Assembly (NCBI RefSeq): GCF_009914755.1
Contig: NC_060927.1
Source of the DNA: the human T2T-CHM13v2.0 reference genome, Homo sapiens
Reading direction: 5' to 3' (one strand)
DNA: 64,000 nt
Positions 14,361 through 29,689 of the stretch are shown piece after piece; position 1 is the stretch's first letter; every line of letters begins with the position of its first letter. Under the pieces are notes generated by a model, which made no database searches, was not told the origin of the DNA, and saw nothing but the letters and a program-made list of their open reading frames with translations. A program made the position numbers and the translations under genes.

Positions 14361-17300
14361 CCACCACGTTGTGGTCTTCCTTGTTGCAGTTAAAGGTGCT
14401 AAGAGTCTTTTAAATTGCAAATGCCCCTGAATGTCGTAAATCATTGCACAAAACTTTTCAGAAGCCACCACTTAAGTAAGAATCCCATTGAAATATCTAG
14501 CAGGCAGGCACTTGTGGGCAGACTTCTGGTCAGGGCACTGGAGGTGCATCCAAAGAGAGAAGAGGGGGTTGAAGGACTCACATTTGCCAAATGCCTGCTG
14601 TATGCCAGGTGCTTTGCCCACCTTAAAGTCCTCCTGAGGGAAGGAAGCAGGATGAAGCCCTGTGTCACACACCTGGGAGTGGTAGACTGTGCTCGCCAGT
14701 ACCTGCAGAGTCTCCCAGGCACTGGGGTGCTGGTGAGTGAGGGAGGTGCCTCTAAGAACCTTGCCCTATCCAGCATGGAACCAGCATTTTGGTCCCAACA
14801 CACCTGACTTGGAACATTCGAATCTGATCTACAATTTGCTCATGGATGGCAGCAGCCCTTGTGCCCACACTCTGAGGGCCCTCGTGAGTGTGCACACGCG
14901 TTGATGGGAAGATGAGGGGTGTGGGGAGGCAGCCACAGCCTTCAGCTGCAGTATCATGCAGATGCTGGGGACGTGAGAGCTGAAAGGCGCTCTTAAATTG
15001 CACAAATGCAACATGGCTTTTAAAAGAATCTGAGGCAAAAGGCACCCTCCAAAAAAACCCATGTGAGCCGGGAGGGGACTGCCACTATAGCTAACAAAGT
15101 GGGGAAGCAATTTTGCAAAGTAAGAAAACTAGTCTCAGGCTAACCAGAGATGCTGACAAACCTGAGATTCCAGGCAGATCTAAATTAGAAATCGGTCAAG
15201 GGAAAACCGTGATAGTCCCCCTTATGGATTCCAGTGAGAATTCTTTAAATTCATGGCCCTGATGGAGTAGCAGTAGGAGAGAGAGGCCCTGGGGATGCAA
15301 ATGCCCTCAGTGGATCAGCTCTGCTCACTAGACACTTGGGCAGGTGAGGTTGGGCGCTGGGAATCCCGTGGGGACAGGATGCCTGCCTACTTGGCCCTCA
15401 ACTCTAGGTGAATCCTATCCTTCTCTTCACCGTCTTCCTCCCCTTCCCTCTCTGGACCCTCTGCTTGCTCTGTGAACCTGGATTGATCTCCACTCACCCG
15501 TCACTCCTGAATGGGGCCCTCGAAGGGAGACACCCCTGACTGTGCTGATGTTGTGAACGCTGCTGGGCCAGACTGGTGTCTGCAGGAGGACAAAGCAAGG
15601 GCTGGTTCTGACTTTGGTTTGAAGGTGATTTTCCCACACATCCCCCTTGGCACGATACTTTTACCTCATTTGTCTCTGTGCCTTTGGCTCTAAATCTTAA
15701 CGTCTTAATTAGATTGTGTTTATATTTGCACCATACATGTGGTCTGGCACTTGAAGATTGGATAGAGAGTGACACAAATATTTAGACTCAGGGAGTGCCA
15801 GTGGAGGGAGAGAGTCTGGAGACCAGCTACTCCAATGCCCTCATTTGCCTTTGCTCATGTCCGTCTCGTCAAGCAGGGACCCTGCAGGTGGGAAAGAAAG
15901 ATGGCGAGAGGACAGCCAATATCACATTTTCCTTCCCAAGACAGGGATGAAAAGCCACCAAGACGGCTTTTGTGAAAATCTGGAAGGACAAGAAAAGCCC
16001 ACTTAAGTCATCAGATCTCATTTCATCTATTGTTAACCTTGAGGAGTGGTGAGCCCGCTGTTCCTGCCAAGCTCTTCAATACCCAGCTAGATGGGCACCC
16101 TGAACAGAAGTGCTTCTGGACTAGTGCCACAGGGACTGCTCTGAGTACCAGGGTGGCCTTGGGCAAGGCTCTGGTCCTTTCTCGAATGGCTTCCCAGGCC
16201 TGAGGAGGCACAGGTGAGAAAATGTGTGTGGAAGCTCTCTACACACCGTGAAGTTCATCCAAATGGAGTGGGATGGTCTCTCTGGTCTGCTGTGCCCTCC
16301 CCCTCCCCACACCCATAAATAACAGCAGCCCTTCCAACTCTCCTCCTGATCCTGTGCTCAGTGATGGGGGCCTTGCAGTGGGCAGCCAGGGCCAGCATGG
16401 CCAGCATGGCCAAGCCCTGTCAGTCCCTTCCCTCTGAAGGTGAACTGGACAGCATTTGTTCTCTTTAGTGTGTGATTTGGATTTAGACAAATTCAAAAGC
16501 TGCCGTATTTCAGAGCGTGTTTGTCACTGCCATCATCGTTCTTTTGTTCAGGCAGCAGTGAGAATCTGCTAAGCACTTGTGAACACTATATGCTGAAATG
16601 CCTGAAAAGGCTTTCCTGCCCTGCAGGGACCCGGGCTCAGCACCTTTTTCAGACTCCAGGAAGCTCATATCCCGCTGATGAACAGCTCGTGGCCATTGCA
16701 GCACTATGGAAAACCCGCAGCTCCTGGCGTCATTTAACTACATGCCACTCAGGTAATTTTGCTTTTGGAAAAGTTCTGTGAATGTATTTCTAACTTTGAA
16801 TGTCTTAAGAGTAAGGTGGCTAGCTGGTGAATATTTATTTTGAGCCTCTCCAATGCACCAGGATTCACTGTCTTCCCACTAATTAGCTGCTAACATCACA
16901 CTACAGTCAAATCATCACCATGTTGGCTGAAGTCTGGTCTTGGTTTCAGTGATGTTTGCTGTCAGTGGGCGTTAAAGTGGTGTTCAAAACTCACCCCACC
17001 TATCAAAAGCATCTTTTCAAATCAACTTTTTGCTTATTGGTGTTCTAGATATGAATATGCTTTTGGAAAAAAGTAGACCCTCGTAAGGGAGAAACAAGTA
17101 GGTTCTCTGGGACTAGCTCAGTGGGGATGGGGTTGGAAAGGGCTTTTGATGGTTTTGAGTTGCATTTCCTTGGTATCTACACGCGTGGTTTCATGGAGCC
17201 TGCCTGAGGGCCTAGTCTCTACTGGCTACAGCAGGGTGGAAGTTCTTCAGGAGCTGAGGTTCCCACGTAGGCCAATTGGCCCCTTAAGTTTGAACGTTTT

Positions 17301-17699
17301 ATCATTTGGTCTCCTTTTCTAATGAATGTACTCCAGCATGAAAATTTCTCAGACTTAAAGTCTTACCTCAGTAAAATGACATCTTTCTGCAGGCACATTG
17401 AAGTCCTTAATGATGTCTACCTTCTTTGGAGCAGGAGGCCACATGCCCAGGACTGACATCTATGTCCCCACGTGGCTATTGGTCAGTGAAGCTGTGAAAT
17501 CTTTTTCACTGCTGCCTTTATTTATACCTGTGTTCAACTTAATGTGAGCAACCCCCTCTGAATTTCTTTCCTTAACCCAAATATAACCTGGCATTTGATG
17601 GCACAGCAGGCAGAAGTGCTGACAGGGGCCCCTGCCTCCCCTACCACCTCTCCCTTCCTCTCAGCGGGGAGAGGAGTCCTAGGTCCGCATGAGTTTCCT

Positions 17700-17885
17700 T
17701 GCATGGGGTTTGACGGCAGACAGGCCTGCTCTGAAACTCATCTCTGTTCATTACTAGCTGTGTGGCCTTAGGCAAATAACTCAACCTCTCTGTACCTCAG
17801 TTCCTTCATCAGTATGATTAAATGAGATAATGTTTGTATGGTGCATATCCCAGTGTGGCACACAGAGAATGCCATCATTATTAGC
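17700..17885 (+). mobile_element. MIR
   Basis: actagctgtgtggccttaggcaaataactcaacctctctgtacctcagtt. Confidence 0.75.
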
Positions 17886-18391
17886 TATGCAGGTCAAATC
17901 AGTTCACTTCTGGCCTGCAGCTTGTCCCCACTCACCTGCCTGGGTCCTTTCCATTATCTGTGTTCCATGCCTGTGTTTTCACCTTTCTTTCCCGTGGCAT
18001 ATAAACATGTTTGGCTCATCCAACATATAAACATGTTAGAGCATCCTTCCCTGGACCTGGTCTTTTCTGGTCTGATCCTGGATTTTGTATCCCCTTCACT
18101 TCTGGTCCCTACTCAGCTCTTGTTCCTCAGCCTCCTGCTCTGGGTGCACCTGCTCCCCAGCCCCATGCACTGACTCTTGCTATGGTCACCAGTGTTCTCC
18201 CACAAGGACCGCAGTCTTCAGCCAACATTATCTCTATAGCAAGGTGCTGTCCCCCACTCAGGGGAGTTCTCTGCCCTCTGCGGCTCCCCTCCCCAGCACC
18301 CCCAAGGCTGGGTACACTGTTCTTCAACCCAGGGCCAGGCCCCCCTGGCTCAACCTGCAAATCAGACCAGGACACATTACCAGTGAAAGTG

Positions 18392-18397
18392 TTTAAT
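18392..18397 (-). terminator. ADCY5 distal poly(A) signal ATTAAA
   Basis: + strand tttaat; on the - strand followed by ...actggtaatgtgtcctggtctgatttg (GU-rich). Confidence 0.7.
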
Positions 18398-20027
18398 AGT
18401 TAAATTATTTAAATAGACTTTTCAATTTCCATGGGAAATCATAATCGTATCTGTTTTTGCAAGAGTAGGAATAAAAAGAGTGCACACCCTTTAGAGGGAA
18501 CGAAGAGCTAGCACTGCACCTGCACACTGTCACCAGTCACTGCTGGGATGGGAGAGGGGTCCCCATGGGGCCGGGAAGCCATGACCATGGGAGAACATGG
18601 GATGAACTCAGCACACACACTTTACTCAGGTTGGAAGCAGAACGAAAACCCAACACCACTGGCGGGCGATGTGGAGGGGCAGGGAACTTGAGAACAACAG
18701 CTGGAAGAAAGCAGGCCTCCTGTGGCCGACGTCAGGATGGCAATGCAGAACTCAAAGGATGGAGCAGCAGAAGCACGGGACAGACTCAGGCTTGGCAGTT
18801 TTGGGTCCACACACTTTGCTTCTCAGAGCTGTGTTCAGTTGGTGTGCGGGGAGGGGAGGGTGGTGCTAGAGCCCAGTGAGAGGTGGTACAGGTGGACATC
18901 AAAGTCACATTGTGGCAGCTGGCACAGAGCCACTGCCTCATCACCTCCAAGCTCATGTTGGAGGTGAAGATCATTCTAACCTGAGAAGCAATGGAAAGAT
19001 TTGGGCATGGGCCCTAAGGATTCCACTGAATTCTGTGCTAGAGTATCATTTTCCAAATGTCTTCCTCATAGGTTATAAAAATAGTATTTTTTTCTTGGTA
19101 TGTTTAACTGCCCCCTCCCACTAAAACAAAATTCCTGCTAGCTTTCCCTGTGGACTCTAAAGCTGGGCTCTACCCATTCCTCTGCCTGGTTTGCCGGTGG
19201 AGGTCAAGGCCACTCCCTTTCCGCAAACCTGAAGGCTGCACATTGCATCCCCCAGTCTGAGTGAACATCTCCAGGAAGAGCCACCTGCACCTTGGCCAAC
19301 TGAGTAGGCCAGGGAGGCTTGGCTTCCTCGTCCCAGCCTGCAAAGCACCTGGCCTTCTGTAAGCACTCTGGAATCTGTGGGCGCTGCCTCTGTAAGCCGC
19401 AAACGTCTGAAATCTCAGGGTGTGGAGGGCACCACACTGCCTGTCGCAGGATGAGATTGCTTCCCTTGGTTCCAGCTCGGCCTGGGATGGGAAAGCAGCT
19501 TTTTGTTTTCTTATTCCATCTGCGTTTTGCTTAGGGGAAGGAGGGTGTGTGCATGTGTGTACATACGTGTGCGTGTGTCAGAAAAGATGGGGCAGTGTGT
19601 CCATGCATCCTCCTACTTAATCTGAGCATATGGTACCCCAAAAGCACACACCCACTGCTCTGGTGGTACCTTGGAAAACCCAAAACTGCCAAATCTGAAA
19701 TGAGGGAAACACATCCTGTGTGAGACCAGTTCCACAGCATGAACACACACACATATACACCAGTACATACACCGACATACACACAGTACAAATGAGCACA
19801 CCCGCCCTGCTGTGCACAGCTGTTTTCTAATATAATTTACAAAATATAGAATTTGGCATATCTATCTGTGAGATCTCCAAGGCTTTCAATAATACAAAAT
19901 AAAAAATACAAAAAAGACAAGTGGGGATCCCCGCCCTCCCCCCGAGTGGCGTCCTCGTTTGCTTGTGTGTCTCTTACACGCATACAACTAGCATAGTCTA
20001 AAGAAGGGCACGGAGAACTTGTTTTGT

Positions 20028-20037
20028 TTTATTTAAT
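20028..20037 (-). terminator. ADCY5 candidate proximal poly(A) signal (overlapping ATTAAA/AATAAA)
   Basis: - strand reads TTTATTAAATAAAACAAAAC, an AT island in a GC-rich UTR. Confidence 0.5.
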
Positions 20038-20684
20038 AAATATTTTTCTCAGAATCACCACTCCTTGCTTGGCGTCCTCTTGCCTCCCCCTCGTAATTAG
20101 TTCTGTTTCCCTCCTAGGGCACTGTCTGTGTGCGTGGAGGTGTGGGCAGAGGACCACGATGAAGGCCACAGTCCCTCCAAAGCCAGCACTCCTGTGCCAA
20201 AGCCCCTGCAGGTGCAGGGTGGTGGCCTGTCTGAAGTTTAAAGGCTCACATAGAAAAGCAGACCCCTGGGGCCCCCTAGGCTCTCCCAGGCCACATTCGA
20301 GCCCGTCTACCCCCAGCTGAGTCGGAGGCCCCTCAGCCCTGCCCTTGTCTGGGCCGTGCCACACACACATTCCCACGGCTCCTTTCCACCTGTGCAGCAG
20401 CACCTGTTAGAAAACTCAAGCTTCAGACCCAGTCTAGCAGAGTCTTCTACAGAGGGAAACATCTTTGGTCAGCTGGGTGCTCGCAGGACGCTGGCACCCC
20501 GGGGCCTGGGACAGAGGCCGCTGCCCACCAGCAAAGGCAGAAGCTGCTCTGGAGTCCAAGTGGAAAATCTCAGCAGCGCAGCCCTGCGGGCTGGAGCATG
20601 GCTTCCCCGCCACCCCCGGCACACAGAGAAGCTGCTTCCATGCCTCTGGAGGCCAGGCTGCCTGGCACCATTGGCCAACAGCTG

Positions 20685-20978
<294 letters not shown>

Positions 20979-22497
20979 TCACCATGGAAGGGATCCTAAG
21001 AAAAGAGCAACGCCAGCTCTCACCCTCAGCACCTGCTCGTGCCAGGCACTGTGACGGGCAGCTTGCGTGTGCTGTTTCAGTGTGGCCTGTGGTCCATGGA
21101 CTGACTGCCCTGAGTCCAGAATAAGTTCAGGAGTGGACAGTAAGTGCCGGGGAGCTTTCAAAGCCATCTGACCTGGCTGCAGCCCGTCTCCAAGTGTGTC
21201 CCCGGTGCATTGTACAAAAGCATCCCTCCGTGACAGATCAGAACGATTTTTAAAAGCTGCTTTTTTCACCACAGGTCGTTTGAGAGCCTTTGCTTATCTC
21301 ACTGCATCTTCCTGTGAGGTGACTAATGTTATTACCCTCAGGCTCAGAGCATCTAAGTCACGAGCCTGAGGTTACACAGTGAATAAATGGCAGGGCCTGT
21401 GCTTAGGTCCAGGTCTTGTTGTCTGGCTCTGCTTTAGCTTTCGGAACAAAGAAGAGAGCTCACCGATGGCCTCACTAATTTCACTATCCCATTGCTGGGT
21501 GAAAGAGAAGAGTGGTGGGGACAGATGTGGGGAGGGGCAGCATAGCCAGTGGCTCCTGGGATGACCCAAGAGCTGTTTGTGAGCATCGTCAGAGCTCCCC
21601 ACCCCAGCCACACTGCAAGCCCACCAGTGAGTGCAAGTGCCAGGCAGCAGGCGGTAGGAGTGCTGGGTGGGCTGCTGAGAGGGGACCCCACTGTGTTACT
21701 AGCTGCAGTTCCTGTGTGGTGCAGCCCCACACAAGGTGAGTTGCTGGGTCATTATGGTGGCTGCTCAGAGAGTCCCTTGCGCCTGTCCCTGAATGGGCTG
21801 GAAGCCTTGGAAACACACATGCCCCTTGCTCCTATCTCTAGGCCCATCCTGCTGTCCTTCTCTCCTTTGCACAGGGATGGAGGTGAGAAAAGGCCATTAA
21901 GGCCAGGCCCCTCGGCCAGCATCCACACCTCAGCCAGGTCAGGCTGAGTGGACCAGGACTGTGCTTGGGGTCAGGCCCTTTATTCAGAGGCCCTGTGGGG
22001 GAGAGAAGTCAGGACATTTAAGCAGTATCATCAGTGTTGGCAAAAGGCCTTAAAAGCAGCACAGTTAGCACCTGGAAAAACAGGCCAGGCAAGCTGACCT
22101 CCCACAGCCTCACAGAGAACTGGGGGTGAGGGCCGTGCAGGAGGACTACTGCCCAGGGCGGTGCCTCTGCCATCAGACTGCAGCAGAGAATCAAGGAAGG
22201 CTCAAAAAGCAGCAGCTGAAGAACAGCAGGCCGGGAAACCACAAGCCCAGCTCGCAAAGGAGGGAGCAAGGGGAAAAGGCCTCTGAGTCTGTGGCCAGGG
22301 CCCTTGGCTGCTGGGGCTGGGGGAGGTACCATCCCAGGGCCAGCAGCCCCCACTGGCTCTCCTGAGCCAGGCCAGGAGTGCTGCAGGCTCAATGGGTAAG
22401 ACCTGCTCCCTGCAGACATCTTTGCATCCTCTCTGTGTGCCTGGGCTAGGAGGCACTGGGGCCTGCATGTGCACTCTCAGCTCGGCCTCTACAATCA

Positions 22498-22902
<405 letters not shown>

Positions 22903-25803
22903 TCAGCCACAGTCATCACATCTCTGGCTTGACCTTGCCACCATCTGTCTCCCCACATGCTGCAGGTCCTTCTGACTCCCAACCTGAGACACCCGTGGGC
23001 TTCCAGGCCCAAGGCTGTGCTAAACCCTGCAGCCTCCCGCTACCCTGCTCCTGTCAAATGCCTGTGAATGCAAGACACAAGGAGCCTGCACCTGTGTCCT
23101 CGACACCCCTCACCAGGAGTGCCCTCTTCAAGGTCTCTAGTGACCTCCTGTGCAATGCAGTTGCCTTTCCCTAATCCTCCTCCTCTTGGAGCCATTTAGG
23201 CGCAACCTATCAGACTGGCTGTGTCTCTCTTCCTCATTCTTCTGTTTCTTTCCTCGCCATTCTCACTCTTAGATCCTGCCCAACTCATCGCCCTGTGCCA
23301 GTCTCCTCTCTCCAAGTCCTCCTGCTCCCCCGCCTCTGAGCTGGGGCAGGCACACTGCAGCAACCAAGCTCTGGCCACCACTTCGGCTCTCCTCTGCCCA
23401 CTTTCCCAATCTCACCCAAGGCAACGCTGAGCATCACTGCCTCTGAGCCTTCGCTGAGCTGCTTCTCCCTCCTGAAGCGTTCTCTCTCCTCCTCCCCAGG
23501 CTAAATCCTGCCCCCATGTATCTGGCTCAACTGATGTTCCCTAGACATTTCCTGTCCTGTCTCCAGGCACGGGGCATTCCCTCCTGTGTAACCTGCCGGT
23601 CTCGTACTGTCCTCATTAGGCCTCACTGTTGCCTGTTTCTTGTGTGTGAAGGGCAGGACTGAAAACACACAAGCTCCAAACTGGGCCCCTGGTGACCCTC
23701 ACTTGGTCAGCAATGCCATCAGTCCTCAGAACTTCCTTCCACGACCCTCCTCATCAGTCCTTCCAAGCCGCAGGCAGCTTTATACCCCATGTGCCATCAC
23801 CAGGCTGGACTGTCCACCTTGCTGACCAGACTGAGCCCTGATGGCTTCTATTTCCCAAAGCCATGCCACCCAGGGAAGACAAGCCTGAGTCTGTAGGAGG
23901 GGAGCTGCCACACAGGCTCCCAGCTGCCTGCCCGGCTCCTTATCTACCTCTTGGCAGATTCTACACTCAGTCCCCAGGCCTGATCCAATCAAGGAGTTGA
24001 GGCTTTTCAAAAACACACACTGGGAGAAAAATGCAAACCAAAGCAGGTGGACGAGATGGGGTGAAAGGAAAACAAGAATGGCAATGTTACACAAGACCAA
24101 GAGTGCGTGACGTTAATGCAGAAATGGAGGCTGCACATCACTTAAAGCAGACTCCCAGCTGGCTGTGCTCGGGGCCTCCAGCAGCCAGTGCAGGATGCAA
24201 ACCTGGCCAAGCCCACAAAGCACTGTGCCTATGGGATAAAGCAAGCCAGCTGGCCCAGGGAAAGCCCGATTCCTGACACTCAGGCTGCAACAAAATGTCT
24301 CCCAAGGACAGGAATGATCACAATACTGGTTTTTAGTCATCCAATATTTCGGTATAATGTGTTAATTTTGAGAACTGAAATGCCGGTACTTTTGTGGATG
24401 ATAATTGTAATTTTTAAAAATTTGAAATCTGAATCACTGATGGCTTGAAACATACCCAGGGAGTTGATAATGCATTAAATGGCTAATAGAACAAAGGCCT
24501 GCTCTTTCAGAAAGCATTCTTTACCTCCACAGACCTTGGGAGGAGCAACACTCCACCAAGTCAGCTTTCTATTGCAAAACTAACTTGTGCTCCATCAGAC
24601 CGTACACCCTCGGTAAGACCTATTCTAAGGACAAACAAACTGCAGAAATACTTTGGGCTTTGTGGAACGAGTTCAGAGCTGGCATTCCACAGTTATTTTA
24701 TGGACACAGTAGGGTGGAACACATGGGGAAGTGTGTACCTGGGTTTTCATTTTACCATTCATCTCTTCTGTAGAGTTGAAACTTGTCAAAATAAAAGGTT
24801 GGGGGTAATGAAACAAAACTGACTTTACAAACAGAAAAATACATATGTTTTTGGTTCAAAGACTTTCTGAGCAAGAATATGGTCATGACTATTTTGAAAC
24901 TGATCCAGGACCTCTGCCGGACACCACAGAGGTATCGGCACAGCCCCTCCAGAGCCATCCAACTAAGGCAAGGCATGTGACAAAGGAGTCCAGGGAAGAT
25001 CCAGGGCTTTGACCTGTCACAACCTCCTCACCATTTCTTTCCCCAGTTTGGATGAGCAGCCACTGGAAGATTTTGCTCACCACCTCAACTCAACAATAAC
25101 CCCACTGACCCATTTCATAACTTGTATAAAAAGAGTAAAAAGTAACTCTTTTTAAGAAGTCAGAATATAATCATTTCACGGTCACTATCACATGATTCTT
25201 TAAATGTTTAGTTTTTTAAACTATTTCACTTTGTTTTGCTAACGATTTTGCAGATTACATGTTTGATGTTGTTCTACATTTGCAAATTTAATGACTGGTA
25301 ACATGTTTATACATTTTGTATTTAAAATGTATCAAGTATTTGATTTTACTGTTTTCCATTTTTACTGAATGAATGTGGAATACTTTTAAATAAAACAACG
25401 CGGTTAGGTCAGTATTACTCGAAACAAATGGGACTGCCATCTGCTGTGCTACAACCACCAGAAGGCCCCATGCCCTCGGCACAGAGCATCCCCCACAAAG
25501 CCCTTTGAGCAGGCACAGCCTGGGTCCCACCAGGCCGGCCCTGCATCTGAGTGAGGTGGGAACTCACCAAGGGGTGTCCTACCCATGTGGCCCTCATGTC
25601 AAAAGGCAGCAGAGGCATCGCCAGGCTCTGGGCGGATTCCGCTGTGAATGACCCATGCCTGCCCCCACCTACTAAGGGCAGGGAACACACCACATCAGCC
25701 TCTGCTGCCGCCTGGCCTTCTACCTTGGGACCACAATGGCGGATGCGGGATGGGGTATGGGGGAGCCCCTGCCAGCCCTCTGCCTGACTGCACCCTGGGC
25801 TCA

Positions 25804-26172
<369 letters not shown>

Positions 26173-26884
26173 TCATCAGTGTGATGCCCGCAACGCTCCT
26201 GACACAGCCAGGCCCCTCCACACTCACTCACCCACTGGACAGTGCCTGTGGGCTACCTGCCCACCCTCACGCCAAGAGCCCTGAAGACAAGGTCACTAGT
26301 CACCTCTGGGTCTCTTGTCTCCCCTTCAACAAGCTCACACCTCCATCCCACCCAGGGAAACCTCCATTTGTCCAGCAGGCAAATTCTTTCCCTACCCCCT
26401 GGCCCCGGCCCTCCTGGAAGCCTTCCCACACTCAACTCAGCCAACTCCCATCACTCCACTGCCCCGGGAGTCTTGCAGGCCGTTCCTGACACTGCCTGGC
26501 CAAGCTCCATCATCCTGCTTCTCCCTGTGCCCCATGCCCAGGCCCGGCGTGCCCGCTGGGGTGGCCCCTCTCACGCCCATGACTCAGGAGCTCCCAGGGT
26601 CAAGACTGCCCTACCGGGCTCTGCATCCCCAGTGCCTCCACACGCCAGGTGCTCAACCAGAGTATGAGAAGGAAATGAAGGAATGCTTCAATTTGGCCTC
26701 TGCTACTCAGGGCCTCACATCTTTCTCCTGCCTCCTCCCTTAGCCTGAGGACTCCTCCTTCCTTTGGTTCTCTCAAAGCCCTGGGCACAGACACTGGGTT
26801 GTCCCAGGCCCTGGGACCCCATGCACCCTAGATGGCACAAGAGGAATGGTGGTCAGCGAGCCAGTCAGAGAGCTGCCAAAGGCT

Positions 26885-27618
<734 letters not shown>

Positions 27619-29689
27619 TTTCTACTTCCAGGTTTTCTCCAAAGAGCAGGACTTTGACAATCAGAAAAGACATTTCTGAGCCTCGAACTCTCTCTGCCAG
27701 CCTCTCTGGGGGTGCTGAGCCTGCAGCAGGGAGCCCCGAGCAGGAACAAGCCTGGAGGTGAGGCTGCAAGGATCCTGTCTGCCAAAGGCCAGAACCAGGC
27801 TGGAAGGGAAAAGGATCCAAAACACAGCCCACACAGCCCTCCAGCTCCCCGGTGCTCCTCCACTGTTCATTGTCCTCTTAATATCAGGAAATGGAATCAA
27901 AAGCCAGAGTTACCTTAATTGACGGACCTGTGGGGGAAAACAGCCCAAAGCCCTGCCCAGTCTGTCTCCCAGGAGGGCAGACTTGCCCCAGAGCCAGATG
28001 CAGCTAGGAGGAGCAAGTGCCAGGAGGGACCCCCTGGGATGAGGATGGGACATCACCAGTGACTTTGGTTTTCCCCCAGTTTGGGTCCTGGGTCTATGGG
28101 ATTTTTTGGTCACCCACCTTCCAGGTTAAAGGACAGGGCAGATCCCTCGGGTCAAGAGGCCAGTAGTGCCCTACAAGGGGCTGAAGGGAAGAGGTGTCAC
28201 ACACCGAGGTGTGGCAAGGAACCATCTGACAAGAGTGTTCATGAGAAAAATCTGGCTGGCCCACTTGGGCTTTTCCTAACTAAATGAAGACACTTTTCTG
28301 CTCAGCTGCAAGTAGAATCTCCAACAGGACCAGGACTGACTCTCAGGGCCCTGGCTGTCCCTGTGGTGGTGGATGTCCATGGGGAAAGAGCTGGTGCTCC
28401 TTTCCAAGGCTTCAGGACCTGAGTCCAGCACGGAGGAAGAGCTCCCAGGGCAGAAGATCCAGGACCCCTAGGCTCAATGGCCAGCCCTGCCCCTAAGGTA
28501 AGTGGGCTCCTGACTGTGCTGCCCATGGCCTGGTGGCCTCCTGGAGTCCCTGGGAATGTGGCTGTGAGGACTGGGATCATCCCGAGGGCTCCTGGACGCT
28601 AAAGGGCCCCGCCTTCCACCACCACCCACAGAGGCACGGGGAGCCAGCTGGTCTGTGCTGTCTTCTTGCCAAGCCTTCCTGCCCAGGTGACCTAAGCTCC
28701 TGGGAGGCAGTACCCTTTACCCATGTCCCTCGCCATGAATAAGGCTACCAGTGTCTGGCTCTGGAACAGCTATGCCCACGGGAGAAGGCTGGGGGTGGGG
28801 GGTAGGGGGCATCCCTGTGCTTCTTCTCACAGGCTGTCCCATGGAGGAGCCCTGCAGTCAGTTATTTGCCTCTGAAAATGCACCAGACTAGACAGTCCTG
28901 CTCCTACCTCTGCTGAGACACATGCCTGGGGGCCCACGGATGCCAGAAGCACTACAGCTCCTTTGATGCACCCTGCAGGTGGCAGACAGCATCAGCCCAA
29001 AGTGTCAGACAGAGTGGAGGTGGAAGCTAGGGGCAGGGCCGCTAGAGCAGGCTACAGCTGGGGGCAGAGCCAATCCCCAGGGCCAGGCCAGCTGCTACAG
29101 CCACCTCTGCAAACTCCACCCCAGCACAGGTGGGCGCCTGACAATGCAGCCAACTACTTCTGGGGCTGCGCCCTGGCAGGGCAGGAAGGTTCGGGGGGCT
29201 ACAGCCTCTTGGTGGCCCCACTAAGGTCAATGCTGGAGGAAGGGACAAGAGCAGGCTCTCCTGAGAACTCAGACCCTGCAGTTAGGCTAGGAGGGGGCCA
29301 GGCAGGCGCTAGGCGGGTCAGAGTGTGTTCCTTGTGCAGGTGCTTGAAGAATGCTGAGGAGTCCGCCTACCAGCCAACTGTACAGGGGCTGCTAAGCCAG
29401 CCTGGGGGCGGGGCAGAGACTATCACTTGCCCATCCCAAGGGCCTGCTTTCTGGTGTTTCTTTATTGGTATTTATGTGATGATGGCTCCCTCTCCCAAAA
29501 TCCCAGGGGAAGGATGGGAAAATGAGGGACCTGCTGGAAAACTTGAGGGAGAGAAGTTGCCACAGGCTGGCAGGTAGACACAGGCTCACTCACACATTCC
29601 TACACACACGCACATGCACACACACACTCTTGTGCATGTGTGTGCACACAGGTGAGGAGGGGGTGGGGGGGGTCACCACTGAGCAAATA

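Larger units (their letters stand above)
18375..20684 (-). other. ADCY5: ADCY5 3' UTR (~2.3 kb; cleavage site approximate)
   Basis: Follows the TAG and has no obvious interspersed repeats. Ends in an AT-rich island containing ATTAAA with a GT-rich tract downstream. Confidence 0.75.

Noticed and set aside
17998-18046. 26-bp-period duplication (catataaacatgtt twice) downstream of the ADCY5 poly(A) site
   Set aside because: Short and degenerate, with no support for function.
24295-25415. AT-rich islands in intron 19 as conserved elements
   Set aside because: They look like decayed DNA-transposon and L1 3' fragments, but I cannot assign a family by eye.
28963-29577. 204-aa + strand ORF in intron 17
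   Set aside because: G/Q/P/A-rich composition expected from GC-rich DNA, TTG start, no domain, no promoter or splice support.
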